A program made the translations under genes and the position numbers. A stretch of 64,000 nucleotides of DNA from Rebecca billardiae RCC1528 (Eukaryota > Protista > Haptophyta): contig OZ251234.1 in the NCBI GenBank assembly GCA_965240325.2, positions 186,001 through 250,000 on the forward strand, given 5' to 3'. Every line of letters starts with the position of its first letter. The stretch's first letter is position 1. Positions 25,929 through 38,200 of this stretch are shown here, one piece after another. Under the pieces are notes generated by a model. It did no database searches, was not told the DNA's origin, and saw only the letters and a program-made list of their open reading frames with translations.

Positions 25929-27889
25929 CGCCGGGCCGTTCACGGCCGGAAGGCCTCCGTGCAACGGACAGCTGTTCGTTCAGCTTGAATTCCGTGTCCT
26001 TCGACCGGACGAGAGCTCCGTCTGGTTCCGGAGCAAATGAATCCATAGTAGTAGTAGTACCGCCGTCATGATGGCGCCCGGCGCCGCCATCTATCGTCGA
26101 GCTTCATAATGGCGGCGATGAGGCTGCTCAAGCGGCGTCGCGCCTAGCCACAAGCCTCTGTAATGAGCAGCTCTTTGCCACAACCAACGCCGTGCAGTCA
26201 CGCACGACGCCTGCACCACGGCGCTGGCGTGGATAGAGATCGACGTCGATGCACAGGCGGCAAGCGCCGGCGCGCGCCCTTGAATGAGATCTGTCTAGAC
26301 CGATGCCTCGTTCGTGGCAGCACGCCGCACTGTCACGCGCTCGTGATGACCAGACAGGCTTCGAGCGCTGCACGTATGCTGGCGCTGTCCTGCGGCGGTG
26401 CCACTTCGGCACTGAACGGTCGCGCACAGCGTGAGCCCGCAAGGCAGTGGCAACGTCCATGCCAGCCCCGCCCGCTGCCTGCGCGGCCGACTCACGGCGT
26501 GATGACCGCGTCAACCAGTGGCGTGCCGCCACTCAGGCCGAGCACGCTGCCGGCCTAAGTGCCTAACTGCCGTCGGAGCCGCCTGCAGGCGCCGCCACCG
26601 CCGGGCCCGAGCCAAACTTGCGATGGCTGACTGGCACGGCGCCCGGACAGGCGGGCCACAGCGGCCGCGCTGAAGCTGATGAGTGAGATATGGCCCGGTG
26701 ATGATGACGATGCTGACGATGATGAACCCTGAGCGCCGTCACACTCACACTGAACAGACCGCGAGCCCGGACTGGCCCGTGACTGGCACTGATGATTGCT
26801 GATGATAATATAAGTGGCGTCACTCGGCCGGGCCGGGCCAGTCAGGCGGGCGTGGCCGTGAGTGGGCAGTATGACGACTGTCTGTGACTGGTCGTCGGAG
26901 TCGGAGACAGCAGTGCAGTCTCATCTGCAGACTGTGCCCGAGCGACACCGCCTGGCGTCAGTGACGTCATCACCTCGTCGTATATATATACGCGTACTAC
27001 AGCGCAGTAGAGTCTGCGGCTGATACTTACTTGATTCGCCGCCCGCCAGGCGCTGATCGTCGGGCTGCCGGCATCCGCCACCTATAAGTATCTGAGCTTG
27101 CAGTCGGATCGATCGCGACGTGGATGGACTCATCAACGGTCACGTCACTCACTGACGTACGACGACAGGCGTCACACTGACACTATACACTCAACTACGA
27201 GTGCCATCTCGGCCCGACTCGGGAGCCACTCCGGTCCGTGTGACCCGCCCGGCGGTCCAGACAGACGCCGGCGGCACGGGCGCAATGATCGAAGAACTCA
27301 TGACGCCCCGCCGCGCGACGCGCGGGCTGTTTGCTGACGACGACATATATTATATAAGTATATATCGTCATCATCGTCATTGTATACGGCGCCACCTACA
27401 GCGGCGCCGCCGCGCCGCGCCGCGCCGCGCGATTCCACAGCCTCGGCCTGTGTGCCGCCGAGCATGGCATCAGGCGCGGCCGCTGGGCTGCGCATCCGAG
27501 CGCCCGCGCCCGCCATCGAGTGCTCAGCAGTGTCAGCGCCACCGCGCCGCGCCGCGCCGCGCCGCGCCGCGCGATTCCACCTTAGCCTCGGCCAATGTGC
27601 CGCGCCCACGCAGCAGACATCATGTCGGTGGCGTGAGCGCTAGACGAGTGGGACGCGCGGGCACGGCGTCGACGCTAAGCTCGTATGCACCGCCAACGCT
27701 GCCGAGCGAGCATGTCAGCTCAATGCAGTGCGCCGCGGCCGAGCGCGCGTGCACAAGCGGCCGAGGCCGCGACTGCGCATGCGTGCGCACCGACGCCTCG
27801 GCAGAGGCAGCGGTGCGCGCGAGCACGCTCAGCCGGGGCCACCTCCACCATCGTCTCTACGCGTCAGTCTGCCACAGTCGACACGCGCC

Positions 27890-29885
27890 ACCGCCACGCG
27901 CCGCGCCGCGCGCCTGCCGCCTTCGCCGAGGCCGCGGCGCGGCGGTGCGGCGGCGCGGCCGTGTTGGCCGCGCGCGGGGGCGGCCGCGCATGGGCGCATG
28001 GCCGCGGCATCGAGCTAACACGCGTGCTCGACGGCGGCGCGCGCGAGCGCACTCGGGCAAGGCAACCAACGACTGCCATCACCGCCGCGTGCCGCCGCCG
28101 CGCGCCGCGCGCCGCGCGCCCGCCGCCTCCGCCAAGCCGGAGGCGCGCAAACACGCGGTCGCGTTCGCTGCGCGCGGCCAGCGCGCGCTCGACCGCGGCG
28201 CGCGACATCGAGCTGACATGCGTGCTCGATGACAGCAGCGGCGCGCGCGAGCGCACTCGGCCGATGCAATCTCCGCCATCGACTCCACGCGCGCGCGACT
28301 GCCGTCATCGCCGCGTGCCGCTGCCGCGCGCCGCGCGCCCGCCACCCCCGGCGAGGCGGCGGCGCGCCGCACGCGGCCGCGTCCGCGCGCCCAACCGCGG
28401 CGCGCGACATCGAGCTGACACGCGTGCTCGGCGGCGGCGGCGGTGCACGCGAGCGCACTCGGCCGAGGCAGCCTCCGCCATCGACTCCACGCGCGCGCGA
28501 CTGCCGTTATCGCCGCGTGCCGCCGCCGCGCGCCGCGCGCCCGCCGCCCCCGGCGAGGCAGCGGCGCGGCGCGGCGCGGCGCCGCACGCGGCCGCTGCCG
28601 CGGCCGCGCGCCCGGCCGCGGCGCGCGGCATCGAGCTGACACGCGTGCTCGGCGGCGGCGGCGGTGCACGCGAGCGCACTCGGCCGATGCAGTCTCCGCC
28701 ATTGACTCCGTGCGCGCGCGACTGCCGTCATCGCCGGGTGCCGCCGCCGCGCGCCGCGCGCCCGCCGCCCCTGGCGAGGCGGCGCGGCGCGGCGCGGCCG
28801 CGCGGCCGCGTTGGCCGCACGCGGCCGCGGCCGCGGCCGCGCGCCCGGCCGCGGCGCGCGGCATCGAGCTGACACGCGTGCTCGGCGGCGGCGGCGGTGC
28901 AAGCGAGCGCACTCGGCCGAGGCAGCCTCCGCCATTGACTCCGCGCGCGCGCGACTGCCGTCATCGCGGGGTGCCGCCGCCGCGCGCCGCGCGCCCGCCG
29001 CCCCCGGCGAGGCGGCGGCGCGGCACGGCGCGGCGCCGCACGCGGCCGCTGCCGCGGCCGCGCGCCCGGCCGCGGCGCGCGGCATCGAGCTGACACGCGT
29101 GCTCGGCGGCGGCGGCGGTGCACGCGAGCGCACTCGGCCGAGGCAGCCTCCGCCATCGTCTCCGCGCGCGCGCGACTGCCGTCATCGCCGCGTGCCGCCG
29201 CCGCGTGCCGCGCGCCCGCCGCCTCCGGCGAGGAGGCGGCGCGGCGCGGCGCGGCCGCGCGGCCGCGTTGGCCGCACGCGGCCGCGGTCGCGGCCGCGCG
29301 CGGTCGGCCGCGGCGCGCGGCATCGAGCTGACACGCGTGCTCAGCGGCGGCGGCGGTGCACGCGAGCGCACTCGGCCGAGGCAGCCTCCGCCATCGACTC
29401 CACGCGCGCGCGACTGCCGTCATCGCCGCGTGCCGCCGCCGCGCGCCGCGCGCCCGCCGCTTCCGGCGAGGCGGCGGCGCGGCACGGCGCGGCGCCGCAC
29501 GCGGCCGCTGCCGCGGCCGCGCGCCCGGCCGCGGCGCGCGGCATCGAGCTGACACGCGTGCTCGGCGGCGGCGGCGGTGCACGCGAGCGCACTCGGCCGA
29601 GGCAGCCTCCGCCATCGACTCCACGCGCGCGCGACTGCCGTCATCGCCGCGCGCCGCCGCCGCGCGCCGCGCGCCCGCCGCTTCCGGCGAGGCGGCGGCG
29701 CGGCACGGCGCGGCGCCGCACGCGGCCGCGGCCGCGGCCGCGCGCCCGGCCGCGGCGCGCGGCATCGAGCTGACACGCGTGCTCGGCGGCGGCGGCGGTG
29801 CACGCGAGCGCACTCGGCCGAGGCAGCCTCCGCCATCGTCTCCGCGCGCGCGCGACTGCCGTCAACGCCGTGCACCGCCGCCGTG
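27890..29885 (+). repeat. Tandem repeat, unit ~200-240 bp, 9 copies
   Basis: Anchor CATCGAGCT at about 28008, 28206, 28408, 28629, 28862, 29083, 29321, 29542 and 29763. Confidence 0.92.
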
Positions 29886-31836
29886 TGCCGCGCGCCCACC
29901 GCCTCCACCAAGGCGGCTGCGCGGCTGCGCACGCTGAGCTACACGCCGCCAATCGAGTCCGCCTCGAGGTAGTGCGCCACGAGCTCCGGGTGGCTCGAGT
30001 CGAGGCTGAGGCAGGTGGCGCAGTCGTCGGGTGTCACCTTACCAAAGCAGCACGGCATAGCTCCTTGTCCGCGGCGTGGCAGTGCCCTTGTCCGCGGCCT
30101 CGACGAACGCGGCGTCATCGTCGAGGCCGAGCTCCGCGCACGCCGTCCGGAGTTGCTCGGCCGCCGCGATCGGCGCCGTCCGTTCTGCCCTCGGCGGCGG
30201 CGAAGTGCTCGGCGTGCGTCCCGGCCCGACATGAAATGAATTCCGAGTCGGAAACGGCGACCGTTCCGGCCAAATGAATGTCGCCTGCCGCCGGCGCCCG
30301 GCGGTGGCAGCCAGAGCAATCTGAAATCGGTCTGAAATCCGGCCGACGCGCGCGACTCGCCCGTCAAGTTCCGGCGGAGCTCGCGCGCGAGATGCACGCG
30401 CCGGTGCTACACCCGCTCAAGCGCTCGCCCGCGACGTCCGTCACGCGCGAGATCCCGGACAGATGCTCTCTCGACTTCAGCAGCACGGTGGCTACGCGAT
30501 CCTGACCCTACCCACTGCGACGCACGGCCTGCTGGCCGGCGCGGGTCGCGCGACGCGCGTCGGCCGCCGGAGCGACGCCGGCCAGCATTGGAAATGTCAC
30601 TCAGGCGGCCGGGCGCGTGCGTGTCGACATCGAGGCGGCGAGGAGTGCGCCGCACGCGCAGTACAAGCGGCGATGGCGGGAGTACAAGCGGCGATGGCGG
30701 GGTGACGGCTGGAGCCCCGGGACGGACCAAGTCGTGGCGCCGGGGTACCGCCCGAGGACGCTCGTCGGCGCCTCTGCTCAGAGGACTTCGACGGATCCGT
30801 GCGCGGCGGCGGGGATGCCGATCGAGGCGCACGCCTCGCGTCTGCACGAGTGAGCTACAAGTACGTCCGTCCCGTTCCCTCTCGGGGTGGACACCGTGCG
30901 CGGCGCGGCGCGCCTCGCGCTGCGCGCGCGCGGCGGGCGGCGCGAGCCGCCGGCCACATGAGACACCGAGCACTCTGCAGTTACTAGACGCTCAGTGACG
31001 CCCTCGGAAGCACAGCCGCAGGCACGAGGTCCGGAAGACAGGCGCGCCAGCCACGAGGGCTCCGCGGCGGCGCGACACCGCGCCGTTCCGCCGCCGCACG
31101 GCGCGCGCCGCCCTCCTGCCTGACGACTCAGACGGAGTCGGACAGGTACTGTACGTCCGTTTGACGAGGCGTCGTCCGGAAGTGCGCGAATAAACGCGGC
31201 GGTTCAAGGCGAGGAAATCCGTCGAGCGGAGCTCTCGGAAATGGAGAGCGGAGCTCGGAAAATCGCGGCGGGTTTTCCGGCCTTTTTGGGCGGGCTTTCC
31301 GGTCGCCACGAGGCGTTCCGGAGTCCGCTCGCGTCGCAGCGACCTCGCAGCGGAAGGGCCTTCCGCCACGGGGCTTGGTAGAAACGGATAACGCCTGATC
31401 ACGAGTCCGAGTTTGGCCGTGCTCATTCCGGTCGGGGCGGTTGACCAACCACGGCCCCCCGGAAGGTTAAAATATGGTGGTAGTCGCGTCATTAGTTGTA
31501 AGTAATAATCGTCAAGGTGAATTTTCGCGAACCGATATTAACTTGCATCAGAAGATGTTGACGAGCACTTGAGCAGATAGAAGAATCTTCCAATATATCA
31601 TGACTTTCAGGGCGATACAATCTTGAGTGAGTGGAGATCGAGATCGGGCCAGTTCAATTACTCATTGTTCATATTTTACGTATTGACGAGAACTCATCAT
31701 CGAATTCGTCGAGAAGACGATGACGGTTAATATGTCCTTCTTCCCGCCCTTAAATCTTCGCAATAGTCAATGAACGGCCCTCGCTCGCTCGGGCGTCGCG
31801 ACGGGCCAGCCTCAATCAAGTGAGTGGACGCACGTC

Positions 31837-34800
31837 ATGTGGGCCTCCCCGATCGCCCTCGTCCTGCTCCTCTCGGCGCTCACTGCTCGCGCGCAGCTCG
31901 TCATCACCAGCGGGCCGTCGCGGCTTGTCGGGCGTGAGTTCATCGCGCCGCCATTCCGCTTCTCCCCGCACCCCTTCGACGTGGAGGCCGCGCCGGTGAT
32001 CCTGACCGAAGGCGCGGAGTGGTCGTACGCGTCGTGTCCGCCGGCGTACGTCGGGCCGCACGTGCTGCGCGGCGCCATCGTCATTCATGCGCAGCCAAAT
32101 TTTGTGCTGTGCTCACTCGAAGAGCACGCGCGGGGCGCGCGCGCGCTGAGCCGCGTCGCCGCGTGGGCGTTGTGGGTCGATGCAGCGGTGGTGTTTGAGA
32201 CGGAAGTCGGGTCTTTCAAGAACGTCTGGCTGCTGGGCGACGTGGGCGCGATCGCCTCTCCACCGGCAGTGGACCTGGGCGGCTGGCAGACTGCCCCACT
32301 CATCAAGGTCCTGCGCGAGGGCTCCGTCGTGAGCGCGAGCCTCAGCCCCTCCGTGTCGGAGTGGGATCGCATGCGTGCGTCGGGGTGGCTCTTCCTGTTC
32401 CAGATCAGCTTCGGGCTGCTCGCGCTGGGGCACGCCGAGTACGCGCTGGCGCGTCTCGCCGCCTTCGTGGGTGCGGACGGCGGTCCACGTCCGAGCATCG
32501 CACAGGTCATGCTCCTGCTCGAGGTGCTCGCCAACGCGATGCGAGCGGTGCAATCCGCCGACCCAAACTTTTCTCACGGCCTTTTCCCGATGCACGTCGT
32601 CCTCAGCTTCTTCTGGCTGCCCGTGGTGCTGGCGACGATCACGACGGCGCTGTTCCTCGTGCACTTTGCGCAGGCAGCCGCGCGCGGCATCGCTTCATTC
32701 CGGCTGACCGTGCCCGCGCTCCGCGTCGGGCTGTACGTCCTCTGCCTCACGATGGCGACCGTCTACCTCTGGTTTGAGATCAACCTGAGGCAGCCGTCGA
32801 GCATGAGCTTCTTCATCTTCGTCGCGAGCTCGCAGGGGTTCTACATCGGCTTCCCCGCGCTGCTCGTGGTCCTCAGCCTCGCGACGGACGCGCTGGTCCG
32901 GCGCCGGCTGCGAGACCTCCCGCTGCCCATGCTGCGCTCCCTCTCGGCGCGCGTGCGGCTCTCCGCGCTGCTCTCGGCCGCGCTCGTGGTGCTGGGGCCG
33001 TTCATGTACTGGAGCAAGAACGCGCCGTGGCGCATGCTCGGGATGGGCACGGCGTTCAACCTGCTGAGCCTCGCCGTCTCCAACGCGCAGATCGGCGCAT
33101 TCGCCCCCGCCGGCGTGCGCGTGCGCTACGGGCCGCTGTGCGCGCTCATCCTGCCGGCGTACAGCGCGCTCGAGACGAGGGCGCCCTCGCCGCGCGCGCA
33201 GGCGCGCTCCTTCCTCAAGCCGTCGGCCGTGACGCCAGCTGAGGAGCTGTCGAGCCCCGGCCAGGAGGCGGACGCGGAGGGTCCGACGGTGGGCGACGCG
33301 TTGCACCAGCACACGCACGCGAGCGAGGACGTGGACGACGAGCGGGTGCTCCTCGGCGTCTCGCTCCCGTACCTGCACGAGCTGGCGGAGGCGGAGGCGC
33401 TCACGGCCGAGCACTCCACCTTGCACGTCAGCGCGATCGTCCGCGAGCGCACGAGGGAGAGTGGCGTGTCGCTCGCGGAGCTCGAGTCCGCAGCAGAGAC
33501 GCAAGCGGCGGGCAGGCCTGCGGTGGCGCGGGCCACCCTGTTCGTCTCCCACGCGCAGAGCTGCTCCTTCCTCAAGCTCGTCGACGCGGTGCACGTCCAC
33601 TGCCGCACGCACGGCGTGGACATCCACACGGTGCACGTGTGGATCGACATCTTCTCGTGCGCGCGCGCGCACGCGCCCCGCACGCCGGCCGACACGCGCA
33701 CGCTCAGCCGCGCTGCCAGCCCGCGCCTTACGCGCAAGCCGCCCCGCGCCCCTCCCCTGCCCTCGCCGGCCCGCCACCCTCCCTCCGCGCCTGTGCTGCG
33801 CCGCGCAGCATCCGGCAGCACCACATCTCGACTGAGGTGAAGCGCATCGCCGCCATCGAGCGCGCGATCGGCCGCGTGGTCGTCGTCCTCGACCCGTGGC
33901 ACGACCCCGTCTGCCTGAAGCGGTGCTGGTGGTGCGCGCCCGCCTCTCGCGTCGCCGTGCGCCATCCGGCGCGCCGCTGTCAACTTGCGGGCCACGGCTC
34001 ACGCGCTTCTGCCGCGCGCCGTGCCGCCGCGCACTCGCGCGCTGCGCGCCGGGGCCACAGCCTCTTCGAGATCGCGCAGTGCTCCTTCGCCACGGAGGGC
34101 GCCGACCACTCGCATAGGACGGTGAAAGTGTCGCTCACGATGGCGGAGGAGGAGCGCGTCTCGCTCGTGCGAAGCCTCGAGCAGAACACGGGCACTCTCG
34201 AGCTCGCGCTCAAGCGCTTTGACGTGCGCACCGCCCAGGCGTCTGTCGAGAACGACCGGATCAGCATCCTGCAGCACATCCAGACGCGCGGCTGGCCACG
34301 CGTCGAGGGGCAGCCGTCGTGGTCCAAGCCCGCCCGCACTTCTCCCCAGCTCGTGCCGCGCCCGCGCGCCGAGCCCACCCTCGATCCCATGAACACCCCG
34401 GAGCGCGACGACCCGCCGCCGGACTTCGAGACGATGCGTGCGCACAGCCTGGTCGACGACACGCGGCCAGTGAGCGGCGTCGCGGCGGCTGCGTCAAGCA
34501 TGGACCCGCCGCTCGCCATGAACCACCGCCTCGAGCTGCTGCCCGGCGAAGAGAGCTTCAATCGCTTCAACGAGGTCGTGCGCGAGGAGCTCGCCAGGGC
34601 GGTGGCGGTCATGAGCTGGCAGCTGAGCCGCCCCACCCGCCATTTGCCCTCCGATGCGCGATCGCGCAAGAAGAAGCACCCGTCCGACGGCGCCGTCCGC
34701 CTGTCCCGCGGCTCCTCGGGCAGCTCGAGCCACACGTCGACGCCCGTGCTCATGGCGCGCAGCAGGCCCTCCAGTCACACGTCGACGCCTGCGCTTCAGC

Positions 34801-35084
34801 CGCGGTCGCGAAGCCGACCCTCCAGCCTCTCGACGACACCGGTGGTCAGGGCGCGCAGCAGGCCTGCTACGTTGAGGACCCTCGAGCTGGAGGAGGCCGC
34901 CACCGCCAACGCGAATGCGCAGCCTGGCACACGTCTCGCCTCGCGCACGTCCCCCCTTGTGCTGGCGCGAAGCAGCATCAGAGCCGGTGCAAGCAGCAGA
35001 TCTAATTCTGCTGACGAGGCACAGCTGATGCCTTCAGGCCCGATGGCGGCGGCTCTGACCGCGGCGGCGACTACGACGTCGTGA
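31837..35084 (+). CDS. Signal peptide + PA-like ectodomain + 7TM + cytoplasmic TIR/HET-like domain; exons 31837-33656, 33809-33931, 34061-35084
   Basis: Leader MWASPIALVLLLSALTARA and seven hydrophobic helices. The spliced sequence gives LFVSHAQSCSFLKLVDAV..VWIDIFS|IRQH..IGRVVVVLDPWHDPVCLKRCWC|LFEI..FDVRTAQASVENDRISIL. Confidence 0.8.
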
Positions 35085-35296
35085 CTCCGGCACTATCCGC
35101 GTCACTGAGGTCCCAGTGCTCGCAGACAGAAACGTGGGTGCTGACTGATGATGAAGGCCACGCAAGTCACGCGCTATATAGCTAGTATATAGTATCGTCG
35201 TCTGCGCTGCGCGCTGCCACGCGATGCGGCAGACTTCGTTCGTCATCACTACGCGATATCTGATGACGCGCCGGTGACGGCGTTCGACCGTTGACA

Positions 35297-38200
35297 CACA
35301 GTGAACAAAAACGGGATTATCGTCACCGTAACCTGTCCGACACGAGCCGATTTTCGGGGAAATTCTCGCATGGGCTGCACGAGCGCACAGAAGACGCTAC
35401 GGTGGTCGCGCAGGCGCTTGGTGAGTGCCCAGGGCATGGGACTGCAACATCCCAGCCAGCCTCCCCATCTCTCCGCCCCTCTCTGCCTCGCCGGGTTGCA
35501 CGCGGCTGGCCTGTCACGTAGCTCGTGAGCAGCCATTCGTGAGCGTGGAGCCCTGCTGCTCAGTGCGGCGATGCGGCGAGGCGAAGCGGCACGTACGATG
35601 GCGCATCTTACTCCAAAGGCAGTCTGCTGCCAGCACAGCCGCCCTCGCCGGAGTGCCTGGTCGTCACCTTCGTCGTGTGCACCTGTTGCGCGCGGCTGTC
35701 CACAAGCGTTTGCGCAGGCCTCCCCGGAGCCATTCAAGCACGCTCGTCCTCGACGAGACGTGCGCGAGGCACCGCGCGAGCGCGGGAACGGCCCTTCCCA
35801 GCATACTCCTGCACGGCCATCCACCTCGCCACAGCCTGCCATGTCACACTCCTCCCCGCACGCAGTGCCCGCGTGCCGCGTGCGAGGCCGGCCCAACCCC
35901 AGGCAGAAGGGTGCACAGATATTTTCGACTGCGAGGAGACGGCGGCGAGCACAGGCGCGCGGCGCCGTCCCGCGCTTCATTGGGATGTTCTAGACCAGTC
36001 GCGCGCCCGCGGCACCGCACCAGCCCTCTCCGCGTCGCGTGCCACTCCACACCGCGCGCGCCCTCTCGGGCGATGCGAGTCTCGCCATCGACGGCGATCT
36101 TGCGGCTGATTCGTACCCGCATGTATTCAACAAATACGACAAATCGCCGAGCTGAACGCACCTCGTCGCGCGATGGCATGGTCGCGCTGTGTGACGTCGC
36201 TCACCGCAGGAAATTCGGTACGCGACGAGAGCACGGCGCACGCGCACGGCGCGGCGTGGGAGGCGGGGCGGTGGTGTCCTCGAGCCATCCCGCCCGCGCC
36301 GCGGTGCGCCAGCCGCCACCTCGCCGCGCCGTGGCCCATGCCGCGCGGCAGGTGTCGACCACACCGACCTTGCCGCCCAAAAGAGGGCCGCACCGGAAAT
36401 TCTGTATTTGTTGAAGGGAAAAGTACCGTTGGTGGCACTTCGCCGAAAAATTGGTACCGTTGGTGGCGGGTACCGTTGGTGGCACTCCAGCCCAAATTTG
36501 GGCCCGTTGGTGGCAGTCGGCCGTGCGGCCGAAAACTTTCGCGCCTTCGCCGCGGGCGAGAAGGCCGGCGAGCAGGCCGGCACGCTGCGTTGGACGTGCG
36601 CGGCTCGCGCGCACGCGCGAGTGCAGGCCGTGTGTCAGTGGGCGCAGACTCAGCACGGCCGTGCGCGCCATGTCGCGTGCCGCCGCCGTGCATGGCGCTC
36701 GCACAGCGCCACCATCGCGCCGTCACATGCGAAAGCAGGGCGGCGGCGCGGCGCGGTGGTGGCGCGCGCCGGGTTGCGCGCACCGCCCCGTGGCAGTGTA
36801 CGCGGTGGGTGGCGACGCGCGTGGCCCTTGCGAGGCGCGCAGCCGCGCGCTCCGTGAACGCGCCGCAATTGCGCGCGCGCACGGCCGTGCTGCGGCGCTG
36901 CGGCCCCACAGGGCTGTGCGCATTGCGTAATGGTGGCGGTGATGCGCGGCTCGGCGGGCGACAGCGCGCGTGGCCCGCGCGGGGCGCGCAGCCGTGCGCC
37001 CCGTGGACGCGCCGCCGTCGCGCGGTGCGCGCGCGGCCGCGCCGCGGCGCGTGCTCGCAATGGTGGGCCGGCCACGCACGCGCGTGTGCGTGCGTCGCGC
37101 ATCAGCGCCAGAGCGCGCCGCCGGCGCGCGCAGGGCTGCGCGCACCACGTCAAGTGGTGCCCGCATGGCGGTGGTGATGCGCGGCGCGGCGGGAGACAGC
37201 GCGCGTGGCCCGTGTGAGGCGCGCAGCTGCACGTCCCGCAGAAGCGCCGCCATTGTGTGGGGCGCGCGCGGCCGCGCCGCGGTGCGCACTCCGCCCAACG
37301 CGGTGCGCGCAGCCCGGCCCGCACTGGCGCCGCGGCGCGGCCGTGCGCGCGCCGTGCGATGGCGATGCGCACGCGCAATGGCGGTGCTCCCGCTGGGCGC
37401 GCGGCTGCGCGTGGCTGCGAGCCGCGCGCGGGCCACGCGCGCTGTCGCCCACCGCACCGCGCATCACCACCGCCACGCGGGCACCACTTGACGCGGTGCG
37501 CGCACCCCTGTGCGCGCCGGCGCGAGCGCACCACAATTGCATGCGGTTAGTGCGGGCCGGGCTGCGCGCACCGCGCTGGGCGCTTCCCGTCTCTTGGACG
37601 TAGTGCGCGGCGACAGCGCGCGTGGCCCCGCGGGGTGCGCAGCTGCGCGCCTCGCTGACGCGCTGCTATTATTGGCTGTGCGCGGCCGCAACGTAGTGGC
37701 GCCGGCTCGCGCTGATGGCCTGCGCACACCACGCGGTGTGCCGGCGCCTGTGCCGACGCCTCCGCCACCGGTGCCGCTGCGCTCCGCGCAGCTGCTGCCA
37801 CCATCAGCTCAATCAACCACATCCGCCACCGCCACCGCCGTCGTTGCAGCCGCCCCCGCCGCCCCCGCCTCCGCCGCCTCGCTGCGAGCCGCAGCTGCTG
37901 CCACCCTGACTCACCTGAGCTCCACCACCGCCGCAGCCGGTGCCCCGGTGCCGCCGCAGCCACCCGCCGCGCAGCGGCTGCCACTTTCAGCCTCAGCCAC
38001 CGCCTTAGCCGGTGCAGCCGCCGCCGCCACCGCCGCCGTCACCCCCGCCCCCGTCCCCGCCGAGCGGCGCCGAGCGGCTGCTGCTGCCATCCTGAGCGCC
38101 GCCACCGCCGCCAATGGTGCCGCAGGTGCCGCCGTCGCCACGCGCAGCGCAGCGGCTGCCACCCTCAGCCACCACCTCAGCCGGTGCCGACGCCACCGCC

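Larger units (their letters stand above)
25452..31378. mobile_element. Putative 5.9-kb non-autonomous TIR element flanked by TA, carrying repeat arrays
   Basis: TA|CCAAGCCTCGTAGCG ... CGCCACGGGGCTTGG|TA (imperfect TIR). Both ends share subterminal motifs CGAGGTCGCTGCGA and TCGTGGCGACC in inverted orientation. Confidence 0.6.

Noticed and set aside
31455-31472. GGAAGG|TTAA as a piggyBac-like right end
   Set aside because: No matching TTAA-CCTTCC left end found in the window.
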